Assembly (NCBI GenBank): GCA_017461245.1
Contig: JAFTYW010000036.1
Location: 17,829-81,828 of the forward strand
Direction: 5' to 3'
DNA: 64,000 bases
Source of the DNA: Oscillospiraceae bacterium
Lineage (GTDB): Bacteria > Bacillota > Clostridia > Oscillospirales > Ruminococcaceae
The position numbers and the translations under genes are program-made. Positions within the stretch are counted from its first letter, which is position 1. Every line of letters starts with the position of its first letter. Positions 36,061 to 45,759 of this stretch are shown here, in pieces. The notes under the pieces were generated by a model, which saw only the letters and a program-made list of their open reading frames with translations, was not told where the DNA came from and ran no database searches.

Positions 36061-37617
36061 TTATTTTGCGTAGGCAATGGTGCGGTTTTCACGGATAACG
36101 TGAACCTTGATCTGACCGGGATATTCCATTTCCTTTTCAATACGGTCAACAATATCCTTGGCGATAAGCACCATCTGGTCATCAGACACAGACTCGGGCT
36201 TTACCATAATGCGAATTTCACGGCCTGCGGAAATTGCAAAGGATTTCTCAACGCCGCCGAAGCTATTGGCGATCTCCTCAAGCTTTTCAAGGCGCTTGAT
36301 ATAGTTTTCAAGGTTTTCACGGCGAGCACCGGGACGGGCTGCTGAAATAGCGTCTGCCGCTTGAATGAGGCAAGCAACGATGGTCTTACTTTCAACGTCT
36401 CCGTGGTGAGCCTCGATAGCGTGAATAACGTCAAAGCCTTCCTTATACTTCTTGGCAATATCAACACCGATCGCAACGTGCGATCCCTCGATCTCACGGC
36501 TGAGTGCCTTACCGATATCGTGAAGCAGGCCTGCTCTTTTTGCAATAGTGGGGTCAATACCGATCTCAGAAGCCATAACACCTGCAAGGTGTGCAACCTC
36601 GATAGAATGGTCAAGAACATTCTGACCGTAGCTTGTACGGTATCTTAAGCGGCCGAGGAGCTTGACGAGCTCGGGATTGATTCCGTGAACGCCGGTTTCC
36701 ATAACGGCGCGCTCACCCTCTTGGCGAATCTTATTCTCGACCTCACGCTTTGCCTTTTCAACCATTTCCTCAATTCTTGCGGGGTGGATTCGACCGTCAG
36801 CAATAAGCTTTTCAAGCGAAATTCTCGCAACCTCACGGCGAATGGGGTCAAAGGACGAAAGTGTAATGGCCTCGGGGGTATCATCAATGATAAGGTCAAC
36901 ACCGGTAAGGGTCTCAAGGGTTCTGATGTTTCTACCCTCTCTACCGATAATTCTACCCTTCATTTCGTCTCCGGGCAGGGGAACGACCGATACAGTTGCC
37001 TCAGAAACGTGGTCTGCGGCGCATCTTGTAATGGCACTGGAGATAAGCTCTCTTGCAATCTGATCCGACTCGTCCTTGATCTGCTGCTCATACTGAGAAA
37101 TGCGGACAGCCTTATCGTGAGTCAGCGAATCGTCAAGGGTTTTTAAGAGCATTTCCTTAGCCTGCTCAGTTGAAAGACCTGAAATGCGCTCAAGCATTTC
37201 AAGCTGACTTCTTTTAATGGTTTCTGTTTCGGCGAGCTTTTCCTCAGCCTCTTTGATTTTTCCCTGTAAAAACTCCTCTTTCTTTTCGAGATTTTCGGTT
37301 TTCCTATCGAGATTCTCCTCTTTTTGCTGGAGCCTTCTCTCCTGATGGGTTACCTCATTTCTTCTCTCTTTGAGTTCTCTTTCCTGCTCACTGCGAAGTC
37401 TGTGCAGTTCATCTTTAGCTTCAATAAGTGCTTCTTTTTTAGCTCTCTGTGCTTCTGACGCAGCTTCTTTTTTAATTTTTTCTGCTTCCTGCTCGGCTGA
37501 GCCGATCTTACTCTCAGCAGTTTTCTTTCTATAAGCAACACCGACAAAGAATGCGGCGATAACCAAAACAAGCGCTGCAGCAGCTACACAGATCAAAATA
37601 ATCTGTTCTTGTGTCAT
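36061..37617 (-). CDS. rny: Ribonuclease Y
   Basis: An N-terminal TM segment, a Lys/Glu coiled coil, then KH and HD domains (...LLHDIGKA...). Confidence 0.95.
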   Translation of the reverse strand: MTQEQIILICVAAAALVLVIAAFFVGVAYRKKTAESKIGSAEQEAEKIKKEAASEAQRAKKEALIEAKDELHRLRSEQERELKERRNEVTHQERRLQQKEENLDRKTENLEKKEEFLQGKIKEAEEKLAETETIKRSQLEMLERISGLSTEQAKEMLLKTLDDSLTHDKAVRISQYEQQIKDESDQIARELISSAITRCAADHVSEATVSVVPLPGDEMKGRIIGREGRNIRTLETLTGVDLIIDDTPEAITLSSFDPIRREVARISLEKLIADGRIHPARIEEMVEKAKREVENKIRQEGERAVMETGVHGINPELVKLLGRLRYRTSYGQNVLDHSIEVAHLAGVMASEIGIDPTIAKRAGLLHDIGKALSREIEGSHVAIGVDIAKKYKEGFDVIHAIEAHHGDVESKTIVACLIQAADAISAARPGARRENLENYIKRLEKLEEIANSFGGVEKSFAISAGREIRIMVKPESVSDDQMVLIAKDIVDRIEKEMEYPGQIKVHVIRENRTIAYAK

Positions 37618-37702
37618 AAGATTTTTAAAAACCTCCCTTTCTGCTTATTTTCCTATCTGTAAGTTGAAAAATCAAAAAAACCACAAAATACAGTATAGAT
37701 AT

Positions 37703-37731
37703 ATTGTATAACATTTCCTCTATTGTGTCAA
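37703..37731 (-). promoter_or_regulatory. Candidate promoter of rny
   Basis: The minus strand reads TTGACA, a 17-nt spacer, then TACAAT. Confidence 0.55.
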
Positions 37732-37859
37732 GGAAACTTTGCCGTTTTTCTAAATTTTTTGTGACTGTTTTTCACTTAAACTTCCTCGATTTAATATACT
37801 GTAATGAAGCGGTATTTATATTCATTTTCCGCTTCAAATAACCAAAGGGAGCAGTTTAT

Positions 37860-38630
37860 ATGAACAAAATTCTGGAAGTCTCGCACATCAAGGTTTGCTA
37901 CCAAGCGGTAAACGGCGAGGTCGAAGCGATCCGTGACGTAAGCTTTTCGGTTTCAGAAGGCGAGTTTATAAGCATTGTCGGTCCCTCGGGCTGCGGAAAA
38001 TCCACTCTGCTCTCTGCCGTTGCCGGAGTTACACCCGTTTCAGAGGGAAAAATTCTACTCTCCGGTCGAGAAGTTTCTGAGGTTTCGGACGACATTGCAT
38101 ATATGCTCCAAAAAGATAATCTTTTGCCGTGGCGTTCCATCCGCAAAAACGTTCTGCTCGGGCTTGAAATACGCGGTATGATAACCGAGGAAAACCTAAG
38201 TTACGCCGACAACCTCTTAAAAGCCTACGGTTTATGGGAGTTTCGGGACAAATACCCCTCTCAGCTCTCTGGCGGAATGAGACAGCGCGCCGCACTTATC
38301 CGCACGCTTGCAGTTCGCCCTAAGGTATTGCTTTTAGACGAGGCGTTTTCGGCGCTCGATTACCAGACAAGGCTTGCAGTTACAGACGACGTTTACAAAA
38401 TACTCAAAAAAGAAAAGCAGACGGCGCTTATAGTTACACACGACATTCCCGAAAGCATAAGTATGAGCGACAGGGTAATCGTGCTCTCAAAGCGGCCTGC
38501 TGTTATAAGAAATATATACACAACCGAGTTTGATATTCCTGATCGCAGCCCGCTCCTTTGCCGCGACCACGCTGCCTTTGGGGAATATTTCAATCAAATC
38601 TGGAAAGAGCTTGATGTTCATGTATCATAA
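37860..38630 (+). CDS. ABC transporter ATP-binding protein (NitT/TauT family)
   Basis: GPSGCGKST, LSGGMRQR, LLLDEAFSALD, VTHD. Confidence 0.9.
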   Translation: MNKILEVSHIKVCYQAVNGEVEAIRDVSFSVSEGEFISIVGPSGCGKSTLLSAVAGVTPVSEGKILLSGREVSEVSDDIAYMLQKDNLLPWRSIRKNVLLGLEIRGMITEENLSYADNLLKAYGLWEFRDKYPSQLSGGMRQRAALIRTLAVRPKVLLLDEAFSALDYQTRLAVTDDVYKILKKEKQTALIVTHDIPESISMSDRVIVLSKRPAVIRNIYTTEFDIPDRSPLLCRDHAAFGEYFNQIWKELDVHVS

Positions 38631-39429
38631 CGAAATTTCAAAAGAAAGAAAAATATATCTAAAAAAAGAACGCAGAAACAAGATCGCCGTTACTCTCTGC
38701 AGGGTGTTTTTTATAGTCGCGTTTATCGCAGTATGGGAGATAGGCGGGCATTTGGGATTTATCGACACCTTTGTTTTAAGCCAGCCGTCGCGCATTTTGG
38801 GCGTTTTTGCCGATTTTAAGGAAAATCAGCTTCTCCTGCACATAGGAACGACACTTTTTGAAACGGCGGTCGGTTTTCTTCTCGGCGTTGTTATCGGCTG
38901 TTTTTTAGCGGTCTTACTATGGTGGTCGCCTTTTTTGTCAAAGGTAAGCGAACCGTATCTCGTTATCCTTAACAGTCTGCCCAAAATTGCACTCGGACCC
39001 GTTATCATAATCTGGGCGGGCGCAGGAACGCGAGCAATCATCTTTATGGCGCTTGCAATTTCGATGATAGTTACCGTTCTTGAGATGCTCAACGGCTTTA
39101 ATAACACCGACAAAGAGCTTATCAGAATGCTTGAGACCTTTAAGGCAAACAGACTTCAAATTTTTACAAAAATCGTTCTTCCCTACAACATCGAAACGCT
39201 GTTTAACTCGCTTAAAATAAACATCGGTCTTTCGCTTGTCGGCGTTATAGCGGGAGAGTTTCTTGTTTCAAAAGCAGGTCTCGGCTACCTCATAGTCTAC
39301 GGCGGTCAGGTATTTAAAATGGATCTTGTTATGGCAAGCGTTTTAATTCTCGCTGCTGCCGCCGCAATTCTTTACGAGGTCATAGTTATAACCCAAAAGC
39401 TTGCCCTAAAATATATAAATCACAGATAA
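38614..39429 (+). CDS. ABC transporter permease (NitT/TauT family)
   Basis: A six-TM BPD-type permease. The ATG at 38614/38620 overlaps the ATPase stop. Confidence 0.85.
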   Translation: MFMYHNEISKERKIYLKKERRNKIAVTLCRVFFIVAFIAVWEIGGHLGFIDTFVLSQPSRILGVFADFKENQLLLHIGTTLFETAVGFLLGVVIGCFLAVLLWWSPFLSKVSEPYLVILNSLPKIALGPVIIIWAGAGTRAIIFMALAISMIVTVLEMLNGFNNTDKELIRMLETFKANRLQIFTKIVLPYNIETLFNSLKINIGLSLVGVIAGEFLVSKAGLGYLIVYGGQVFKMDLVMASVLILAAAAAILYEVIVITQKLALKYINHR

Positions 39430-39492
39430 CTGTAACAAAAAAGCTCCTTTTTGCATTTGATATAAGGAAATCACTAAAAAAGGAGACTTTTT

Positions 39493-40494
39493 ATGCTTAA
39501 AAAAGTTTTAAAGGCTACCGCACTTATGCTTGCAGTCTGCCTTCCCATCATCTGTTTCTGCTCCTGCAAAAATGACGAGGAAGGGCTTAAAAAGATTACT
39601 TTAAGCGAGGTTACACACTCGGTTTTCTACTCTCCGCAGTACGCCGCCATTGAGCTTGGCTTTTTTGAGGAGGAGGGCTTAGAAATTGAGCTTTCAACCG
39701 GTCAAGGTGCCGATGCCGTTGCCGCCGCCGTACTCTCGGGGCAGGTCGACATTGGCTTTGCAGGTCCCGAAGCGGCAATCTACGTTTACAACGAGGGCAG
39801 GGATAACTACTTAAAGGTCTTTGCCCAGATGACCCAGCGCGACGGCTCTTTCTTAATTTCGCGAGAGAAAAACGACGATTTTAAGTGGACCGACCTTGCG
39901 GGCGCTCATATTCTGCCCGGCAGAAAGGGCGGCGTTCCCTACAGGACATTTGAATACGTTTTAAAGCAGAACGGCATTGATACCCAAAACGGCGTTTACC
40001 TTGACAACAGCGTTCAGTTTGCCATGATGACAAGCGCGTTCGTTGCAGGCACAGGCGACTACGTTACCGCTTTTGAGCCTACGGGCTCTATGCTTGAAAG
40101 CGAGGGCAAGGGCTACGTTGTGGCAGCGGTCGGCGACGAGGCGGGCGAGATTCCCTACACCGCCTACTTTACAAGCAAAAAGTTTATCGAGGAAAACCCC
40201 GACACAGTTCAGTCATTTGCCAACGCAGTTGCCAAGGGCGAAAAGTGGTGCGCCGAGCATACTGCGGCCGAAATCGCCGAAGTTGTTGCACCCGCCTTCC
40301 CCGACACCGAGTTAGGATTACTGACCTCATCAATTCAGCGCTACATTGACATTGACGCCTGGTGCGACACCCCCGTTATGAAGGAGGAGGCATTTAACAG
40401 ACTTCAAGACGTTATGACCTCTGCGGGCGAGCTTGAAAAGCGCGCAGACTTTAGCGACGTTGTTGACAATTCCTTTGCAAAAAAGGCTTCCTAA
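39493..40494 (+). CDS. ABC substrate-binding lipoprotein, NMT1/THI5-like
   Basis: A signal peptide with Cys-containing lipobox region (...ICFCSCKND), followed by ...SPQYAAIELGFFEEEGL... Confidence 0.8.
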   Translation: MLKKVLKATALMLAVCLPIICFCSCKNDEEGLKKITLSEVTHSVFYSPQYAAIELGFFEEEGLEIELSTGQGADAVAAAVLSGQVDIGFAGPEAAIYVYNEGRDNYLKVFAQMTQRDGSFLISREKNDDFKWTDLAGAHILPGRKGGVPYRTFEYVLKQNGIDTQNGVYLDNSVQFAMMTSAFVAGTGDYVTAFEPTGSMLESEGKGYVVAAVGDEAGEIPYTAYFTSKKFIEENPDTVQSFANAVAKGEKWCAEHTAAEIAEVVAPAFPDTELGLLTSSIQRYIDIDAWCDTPVMKEEAFNRLQDVMTSAGELEKRADFSDVVDNSFAKKAS

Positions 40495-40526
40495 AAAGTT
40501 TTCTAATAAAAATACCCAAATTAAAG

Positions 40527-40575
40527 CCCCGCTCGGCAATACACCGAGCGGGGTTAAATAATTATTTTTGTTAAT
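40527..40575 (+). terminator. Intrinsic terminator of ABC operon 1
   Basis: CCCCGCTCGG / CCGAGCGGGG followed by a T-rich tail. Confidence 0.75.
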
Positions 40576-40591
40576 AAAAAACACAAAACAA

Positions 40592-40620
40592 TTGATAAAA
40601 TTCTTTTTTTGTGTTATACT
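40592..40620 (+). promoter_or_regulatory. Candidate promoter
   Basis: TTGATA (40592-40597), a 17-nt spacer, then TATACT (40615-40620). Confidence 0.5.
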
Positions 40621-40806
40621 GCGAATACCATACTTAAAACTGCACATATTTTATACTGTAGAAGTCTGTCAATTTTGACAAAAATGCAGGCTTCAAATTT
40701 TTGCTTGTACTTCTATGGTATTATATGTGAATGATTTTTTGTGTGGTAGCAAATCGAAGTCGTGCATTTTTTGGTGTGTGCAACTTCGGTTGCACACACT
40801 TTTTTG
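40621..40806 (+). ncRNA. Structured leader or small RNA of about 185 nt ending in an intrinsic terminator 18 nt before the lipoprotein RBS (class unknown)
   Basis: Long-range helix: AATACCATA (40624-40632) plus TAGAAGT (40659-40665) pair with ACTTCTATGGTATT (40709-40722). Terminator GTGTGTGCAAC-ttcg-GTTGCACACAC + TTTTTTG lies at 40774-40806. Confidence 0.4.
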
Positions 40807-40824
40807 TTTATAGGAGATGTTAAA

Positions 40825-42315
40825 ATGAGAAAAATAATCTCAGTCTTGCTAGTTGCAATTCTTGTTTTTACACTTTCTGCTTGCAGCAACAAAAACACAG
40901 ATTCAAGCATCACAACGCAAAGCGAAATATCTGTTAAACCTAAAAATTACACTTCTGTCCTGCTTGTCAGTATTAATCCACAGTTTAAACTATATCTTGA
41001 TGCAGACAATAACGTTTTGGCAGTCGAACCAATTAATGACGACGCTGAAACCTTCTCCGAAAACATAGATTTTAAAAATAAGTCTGTGGAAGTCGTAATT
41101 GAAAACATTCTTGAACAAGCGCATATGAACGGATTTATTGAAAAAAATGTTACTGTACTTTTTGAAATCACCGAACAACAAGATGACGCTAATAATAACA
41201 TTTTAACAAAAGCTGTTTCAGCAGCACAACAAAAAGCAGAAGATTTAAAAATTGAAATTAAAACCCAAGTTAAAGAATATAATAAAATAGAAACAACCGA
41301 AAACAAAAAGCCCACTGCTACCATCACCTCTTCGGAGTTAACATCAAATCAAGATAAAAACACTTCTTCCGAAAAAGAAACAGGTACTTCATCAAGCTCT
41401 ACAGAGAGCAAAAAACCTACTACTACCGTCACCTCTTCGGAGTTAACATCAAATCAAGATAAAAACACTTCTTCCGAAAAAGAAACAGATACTACATCAA
41501 ACACTACAGAAAGCAAAAAACCTACTGCAACAAGCAAACCCACAGAAACAATAATCCCTGACCACAAGCATAATTACAGTTCATTAATAACAGTAGATGC
41601 TACCTGCGACAAAAGTGGTTTGAAAACTTTTACATGCCATTGCGGTCATTCCTATACCGAGAAAATCGCCGCAACAGGTCATGAATATAACGAATGGAAG
41701 CAAACTGCCGCGCCGTCTTATACCGCAAAGGGACAAGAAACAAGAACATGTAAAAAATGTTCTAATTCCGAAAAGCGCGAAATCGCACAACTTTCTCTAG
41801 ACAGTCTCTTTGAGGAGTATACAAAGACAGTAATTAAGTTTAATTCATATTTTAATTCTACAAATGAATTATCCAACATAACATCCTTAGAAGCTTTATC
41901 TGCACTCATCGATCATAGCAGAGGACGCCTAGTTGAACCAATAGATATAAAAGAAATTAAGGGAGAGTACGGCGATTATGAAACGTGTATGACCTTTGAT
42001 ATAAGAGATTTTGACAAATTCACTTTAGAACATTTCGGTTACACATGGGATTATTCCACTCTTGATGGCAAAATCATTGCCAATATGTATGAATGTTCTT
42101 ATAACAAAACAAAAAACACCCTTAGTCTCACTGCTCCTGATGGCTGGGGAGGTCCATCTCCTTGGGCAGAATATAAAGGATATACCAAAATTGACAGTAC
42201 TCATTTTATAATTACTTATGACTACAAGTTTGAAGGCGAAATACTATTTAACAATGTTAAAATTGAAGTGGAATTAATTAACGATAAATATATCATCATT
42301 GCGCATTACAAATAA
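40825..42315 (+). CDS. Lipoprotein with tandem Ser/Thr-rich repeats, a Cys-rich motif related to the giant protein, and an unknown C-terminal domain
   Basis: The ATG at 40825 follows AGGAGA. Lipobox in MRKIISVLLVAILVFTLSAC. The track start at 40762 would read through the terminator hairpin. Confidence 0.85.
   Translation: MRKIISVLLVAILVFTLSACSNKNTDSSITTQSEISVKPKNYTSVLLVSINPQFKLYLDADNNVLAVEPINDDAETFSENIDFKNKSVEVVIENILEQAHMNGFIEKNVTVLFEITEQQDDANNNILTKAVSAAQQKAEDLKIEIKTQVKEYNKIETTENKKPTATITSSELTSNQDKNTSSEKETGTSSSSTESKKPTTTVTSSELTSNQDKNTSSEKETDTTSNTTESKKPTATSKPTETIIPDHKHNYSSLITVDATCDKSGLKTFTCHCGHSYTEKIAATGHEYNEWKQTAAPSYTAKGQETRTCKKCSNSEKREIAQLSLDSLFEEYTKTVIKFNSYFNSTNELSNITSLEALSALIDHSRGRLVEPIDIKEIKGEYGDYETCMTFDIRDFDKFTLEHFGYTWDYSTLDGKIIANMYECSYNKTKNTLSLTAPDGWGGPSPWAEYKGYTKIDSTHFIITYDYKFEGEILFNNVKIEVELINDKYIIIAHYK
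41305..41550 (+). repeat. 2.3 copies of a 105-nt (35-aa) tandem repeat
   Basis: KKPTATITSSELTSNQDKNTSSEKETGTSSSSTES / KKPTTTVTSSELTSNQDKNTSSEKETDTTSNTTES / KKPTATSKPTE. The first two copies share a 59-nt exact core. Confidence 0.9.
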
Positions 42316-42328
42316 AACAAATATACAA

Positions 42329-42375
42329 GAGGATGCTCTATGCTTTTACAGTCATAGGGCATCCTTTTTTACAAG
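42329..42375 (+). terminator. Intrinsic terminator of the lipoprotein gene
   Basis: AGGATGCTCTATG / CATAGGGCATCCT (one G-U pair) followed by TTTTTTAC. Confidence 0.7.
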
Positions 42376-42584
42376 GACAACCAATTTTTAGTATTTGCCC
42401 AGTGAGGACCCCATTTAGATAAGAATGGGTTATGTTTATTTGACCTGTAGAAACATTATGGTATATTTTATTTATAGATTTTGCACTTTTTGTCCGAAAA
42501 TGCATTGTTTTTTTCTTGAAGAAAAGCATTTTTAATCTTATTATTTGATTAAACCACTCTCATGAAAGGGAAAGGGAAATCAAA

Positions 42585-45500
42585 ATGAAAAAAGACTATT
42601 CTTATCTTTCAGAGGCTGCTGAGCGCAGAAGCCTTATTCGCAGGGTTTCAGAGGAGGGCTTTGTTCTGCTTAAAAACGAGTGGGACGTTCTGCCCTACTC
42701 AAAAAATGACAAAATTGCAGTTTTTGGCAGAACGCAGGTTGATACTATTAAGAGCGGAACGGGCTCTGCAAGCATCACCGCCGAGCAAAACCTCACCCTT
42801 ATAACTGCTCTTGAGGCTTCGGACATTAAAATACATACACCCCTTGCTGAGAAATACAAAAAATGGGCGGGTGAAAACCCCATTCCCAACTACGGAGTTT
42901 GGGGCAGCGGAATGCACTCCACCCCCGAAATGCCGATTGATAAAAGTGACATAGATAGCGCGCTTAAAAGCGGCGCAAACAAGGCGATCATCATTATCGG
43001 CAGATCGGCGGGCGAAAACGAGGACACCCTACTTACCAAGGGCGACTTTTACCTTTCCGACGAGGAAGAGGAACTTTTTAAAGCCGTTACCTCGGTTTTT
43101 TCTGACGTAACCGTCATTTTAAACACAACGGGAATTATTGATTTTTCCTTTATAGACAAATACAATATTAAATCGGTATTATACGTAAATATGCTTGCAA
43201 ACAGCGCAATTCCCGCTGTTGCCGACGTTCTATCGGGAAAGGTAAATCCCTCGGGCAAGCTTACAAGCACGGTTGCATTCGACTATTTCGATTATCCAAG
43301 CAGTCAGCACTTTGGGCAAAACCGTGGTGGAACTTTGCAGGACTATTTTGAGGACATCTACGTCGGTTACCGCTATTTTGAAACCTTTGAGGGTGCAGAC
43401 AAAAAGGTGCGCTTTCCCTTTGGCTTTGGCCTTTCTTACACCACCTTTAAAATAGACAATTTCTGCTTTAAAGACGAGGGCGAAAGCATCTTTGTTTCCG
43501 CAAACGTTACAAACACAGGCAAAGTGGCGGGAAAAGAAACTGTTCAGCTCTATTTCAGAGCGCCCGATGTATGTAAAGGAGCAAAGCTTTACAAACCTCT
43601 GATGAATCTTTGCGCATTTGAAAAGACAAACCTTCTTGCCCCGAGCGAGAGCCGAACTGTTTGTTTTACCGTTTCAAAGGACAAGCTTGCAAGCTTTGAC
43701 GACACGGGAATTACAGGTCACAAGGATTGCTGGGTTTTAGAGGCAGGAGAATACTCTCTTTATATAGGAAACTCTGTTAAAAACGCCAAGGAAAACTGCG
43801 TTGGCGGCTTTACTCTTGAAACGCTTAAGATAGTGGAACAATGCCACAATATCCCTACCGCTCTGCCTCAAAGGCTTTTAGGAAACGGCGAAACAGAAAA
43901 GCTCGAGACCATCCCCGTTGATGTTCTTGAGGGCGTGCGGATAGGCATCGAGCCGCAGGAGATCGACGCCTTGCTTTTTGCTTACTGCGACGGTAATATT
44001 GATGCGCTTAAAAAGGGCGAGAGCGCCGAGTACAGACTTATCTTCTGCGCATCGGGCGGCTACAATCTAAAGATATTTATTGACAAGGCGCTTGCGGGAA
44101 AGAGCGCCGAAAGTCTTATTGAAATTTACTCAGACAAAAGCCGTATCGACCTATCGGGAATCTCGGTTTCCGAGGACGGCGCGATCGAACTATCTAACCT
44201 TATATTTCCCATTGGAAAGGCGACCCTTACCATCAAAGCGGTTTGCGACCTTGTTTCGATAAAGGGGCTTAACACCCAAAAGATCATTCATATTACAAAG
44301 GTTTTAAAAGACGGCGTTACCACCATTGAAGCCGAAAGATTTTACGAGTGCGCCTTTATGGTTTTGGCAAAAAGCTTTTGCGACAAGCAAAACAGCCGAG
44401 GCGGCTACCTTTCAAACATGGCAGTTCCCGGCAAATTTGCCACATACAAGCTAAACGCCGAAGCGGCGGGAGTTTACGAGCTTCGTTTCAGATATTCCAA
44501 CAGCCGTAAAGCTGTAAACCTTAACAGCGTTATGGCGGTGTTTGTTTCAAACGTTGGACAGAGCGTTGAGGATATTCCCTTAAAAGCTACCTGCAACAAG
44601 GGCGAATTTAACTTTGTTTTGTCCGACCCCATTAAAATAACCCTGCCGCAAGGCGAGAGCTACTTAAAGCTCGTTTCGGCGGGCTGGGATTTCCCCGACA
44701 TAGATTACTTTACAATAGAGCGCAGCAGCTCTGCCGCATCAAATGCGGGCAGTTCGCTTGTTGTTAAGGAAATTGACCAGAGCGAATTTGACGCAGAAAG
44801 TTTTGAGATAATAACCGAAGTAGAATGCGAAAAGAGGGGTATACAGCTCTCTGAGGTCTACAATGACGCTTCTCTTATGCCTGCATTTTTAGACCAGCTT
44901 TCTGACTATGAGCTTGCCCTCTTAATTTCGGGCAACTTTTCAAACCGCACAGCTACGGGAACAACGGGAACCACCTCTCCCCTTTTTGACAGAGGCGTCT
45001 ACCCCGTTCAGACCGCCGACGGACCTGCAGGACTCAGGCTTAGAACTGAGGCGCTTTCTTTCCCGAGCGGAACGCTTTTGGCATCAAGCTGGAACACCGC
45101 TCTCGCGGAGGAAATGGGCGCCGCAATGGCTTATGAGGCCAAACACCACGAGGTCGACTGCATTTTAGGCCCCGGACTTAACATTCACCGCGACATTCGC
45201 TGCGGCAGAAACTTTGAATATTACAGCGAGGACCCGCTGCTGAGCGGTAAATTCGCCGCTGCAGTTGTTATTGGTATGCAGGGTGAGGGAATTTCCTCAA
45301 TGGCGAAGCACTACGCCGCCAACAACTGCGAGTACGAGCGGCTTAAATCCAACAGCCGCGTTTCTGTAAGGGCTTTGCGCGAAATTTATCTGAAAGGCTT
45401 TGAGATAGTTATCAAGGAGGCAAACCCGCACGCCATAATGACCTCATACAACCACCTAAACAACACAAAGGTCTGCGAAAAGCACGAACTGATAACCCTT

Positions 45501-45740
45501 GTTCCCCGCGATGAGTGGGGATACGACGGCATTTTTGTTACCGACTGGCTTAACGATTCAGACCACGTTAAAGAAACTGCGGCGGGTCACGATCTTAAGA
45601 TGAGTCAAGGCAACCCCGATGCAATCTGCAAGGCAATAAGTGACGGTGTTCTCAGCCGTGAGCGAGTCAGAGAAAGCGCCGAAAGAGTTTTGAGATTTGT
45701 TATGAAATCGGATTATTTCCGTGAGAAAATAAAAGAATAA
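42585..45740 (+). CDS. GH3-family beta-glucosidase/xylosidase-like enzyme with permuted domain order and CBM6/35-like inserts, apparently cytoplasmic
   Basis: The N-terminal part matches the GH3 C-terminal alpha/beta sandwich (FVLLKNE...VNPSGKLT...YVGYRYF...FPFGFGLSYTTF) plus an Fn3-like domain. The C-terminal part matches the GH3 catalytic barrel (KHYAANNCEYERL...SVRALREIYLKGFE...MTSYNHLN...GIFVTDW). There is no signal peptide. Confidence 0.85.
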   Translation: MKKDYSYLSEAAERRSLIRRVSEEGFVLLKNEWDVLPYSKNDKIAVFGRTQVDTIKSGTGSASITAEQNLTLITALEASDIKIHTPLAEKYKKWAGENPIPNYGVWGSGMHSTPEMPIDKSDIDSALKSGANKAIIIIGRSAGENEDTLLTKGDFYLSDEEEELFKAVTSVFSDVTVILNTTGIIDFSFIDKYNIKSVLYVNMLANSAIPAVADVLSGKVNPSGKLTSTVAFDYFDYPSSQHFGQNRGGTLQDYFEDIYVGYRYFETFEGADKKVRFPFGFGLSYTTFKIDNFCFKDEGESIFVSANVTNTGKVAGKETVQLYFRAPDVCKGAKLYKPLMNLCAFEKTNLLAPSESRTVCFTVSKDKLASFDDTGITGHKDCWVLEAGEYSLYIGNSVKNAKENCVGGFTLETLKIVEQCHNIPTALPQRLLGNGETEKLETIPVDVLEGVRIGIEPQEIDALLFAYCDGNIDALKKGESAEYRLIFCASGGYNLKIFIDKALAGKSAESLIEIYSDKSRIDLSGISVSEDGAIELSNLIFPIGKATLTIKAVCDLVSIKGLNTQKIIHITKVLKDGVTTIEAERFYECAFMVLAKSFCDKQNSRGGYLSNMAVPGKFATYKLNAEAAGVYELRFRYSNSRKAVNLNSVMAVFVSNVGQSVEDIPLKATCNKGEFNFVLSDPIKITLPQGESYLKLVSAGWDFPDIDYFTIERSSSAASNAGSSLVVKEIDQSEFDAESFEIITEVECEKRGIQLSEVYNDASLMPAFLDQLSDYELALLISGNFSNRTATGTTGTTSPLFDRGVYPVQTADGPAGLRLRTEALSFPSGTLLASSWNTALAEEMGAAMAYEAKHHEVDCILGPGLNIHRDIRCGRNFEYYSEDPLLSGKFAAAVVIGMQGEGISSMAKHYAANNCEYERLKSNSRVSVRALREIYLKGFEIVIKEANPHAIMTSYNHLNNTKVCEKHELITLVPRDEWGYDGIFVTDWLNDSDHVKETAAGHDLKMSQGNPDAICKAISDGVLSRERVRESAERVLRFVMKSDYFREKIKE

Positions 45741-45759
45741 AACCGAAAGGATGCATTTT

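Noticed and set aside
36201-37146. Several ORFs of 90-150 aa on both strands within rny (36201-36620, 36361-36648, 36645-36917, 36685-37146).
   Set aside because: rny is unambiguous (TM, KH and HD domains). These are frame shadows.
37618-37859. Looked for a TPP (THI-box) riboswitch upstream of the NMT1/THI5-type ABC transporter.
   Set aside because: I found no CUGAGA / ACCUGAUCUGGAUAAUGCCAGCG-like cores. Only a simple hairpin (GAAGCGG...CCGCTTC, about 37809-37838) without a U-tract is present.
40762-40824. The longer start of the lipoprotein ORF (MHFLVCATSVAHTFLFIGDVK).
   Set aside because: It would translate through the terminator hairpin. The ATG at 40825 has an SD and yields a canonical lipoprotein signal peptide.
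42338-42529. 63-aa minus-strand ORF in the spacer before the GH3 gene.
   Set aside because: It has no RBS, lies in an AT-rich spacer, overlaps the terminator hairpin and has an implausible composition.
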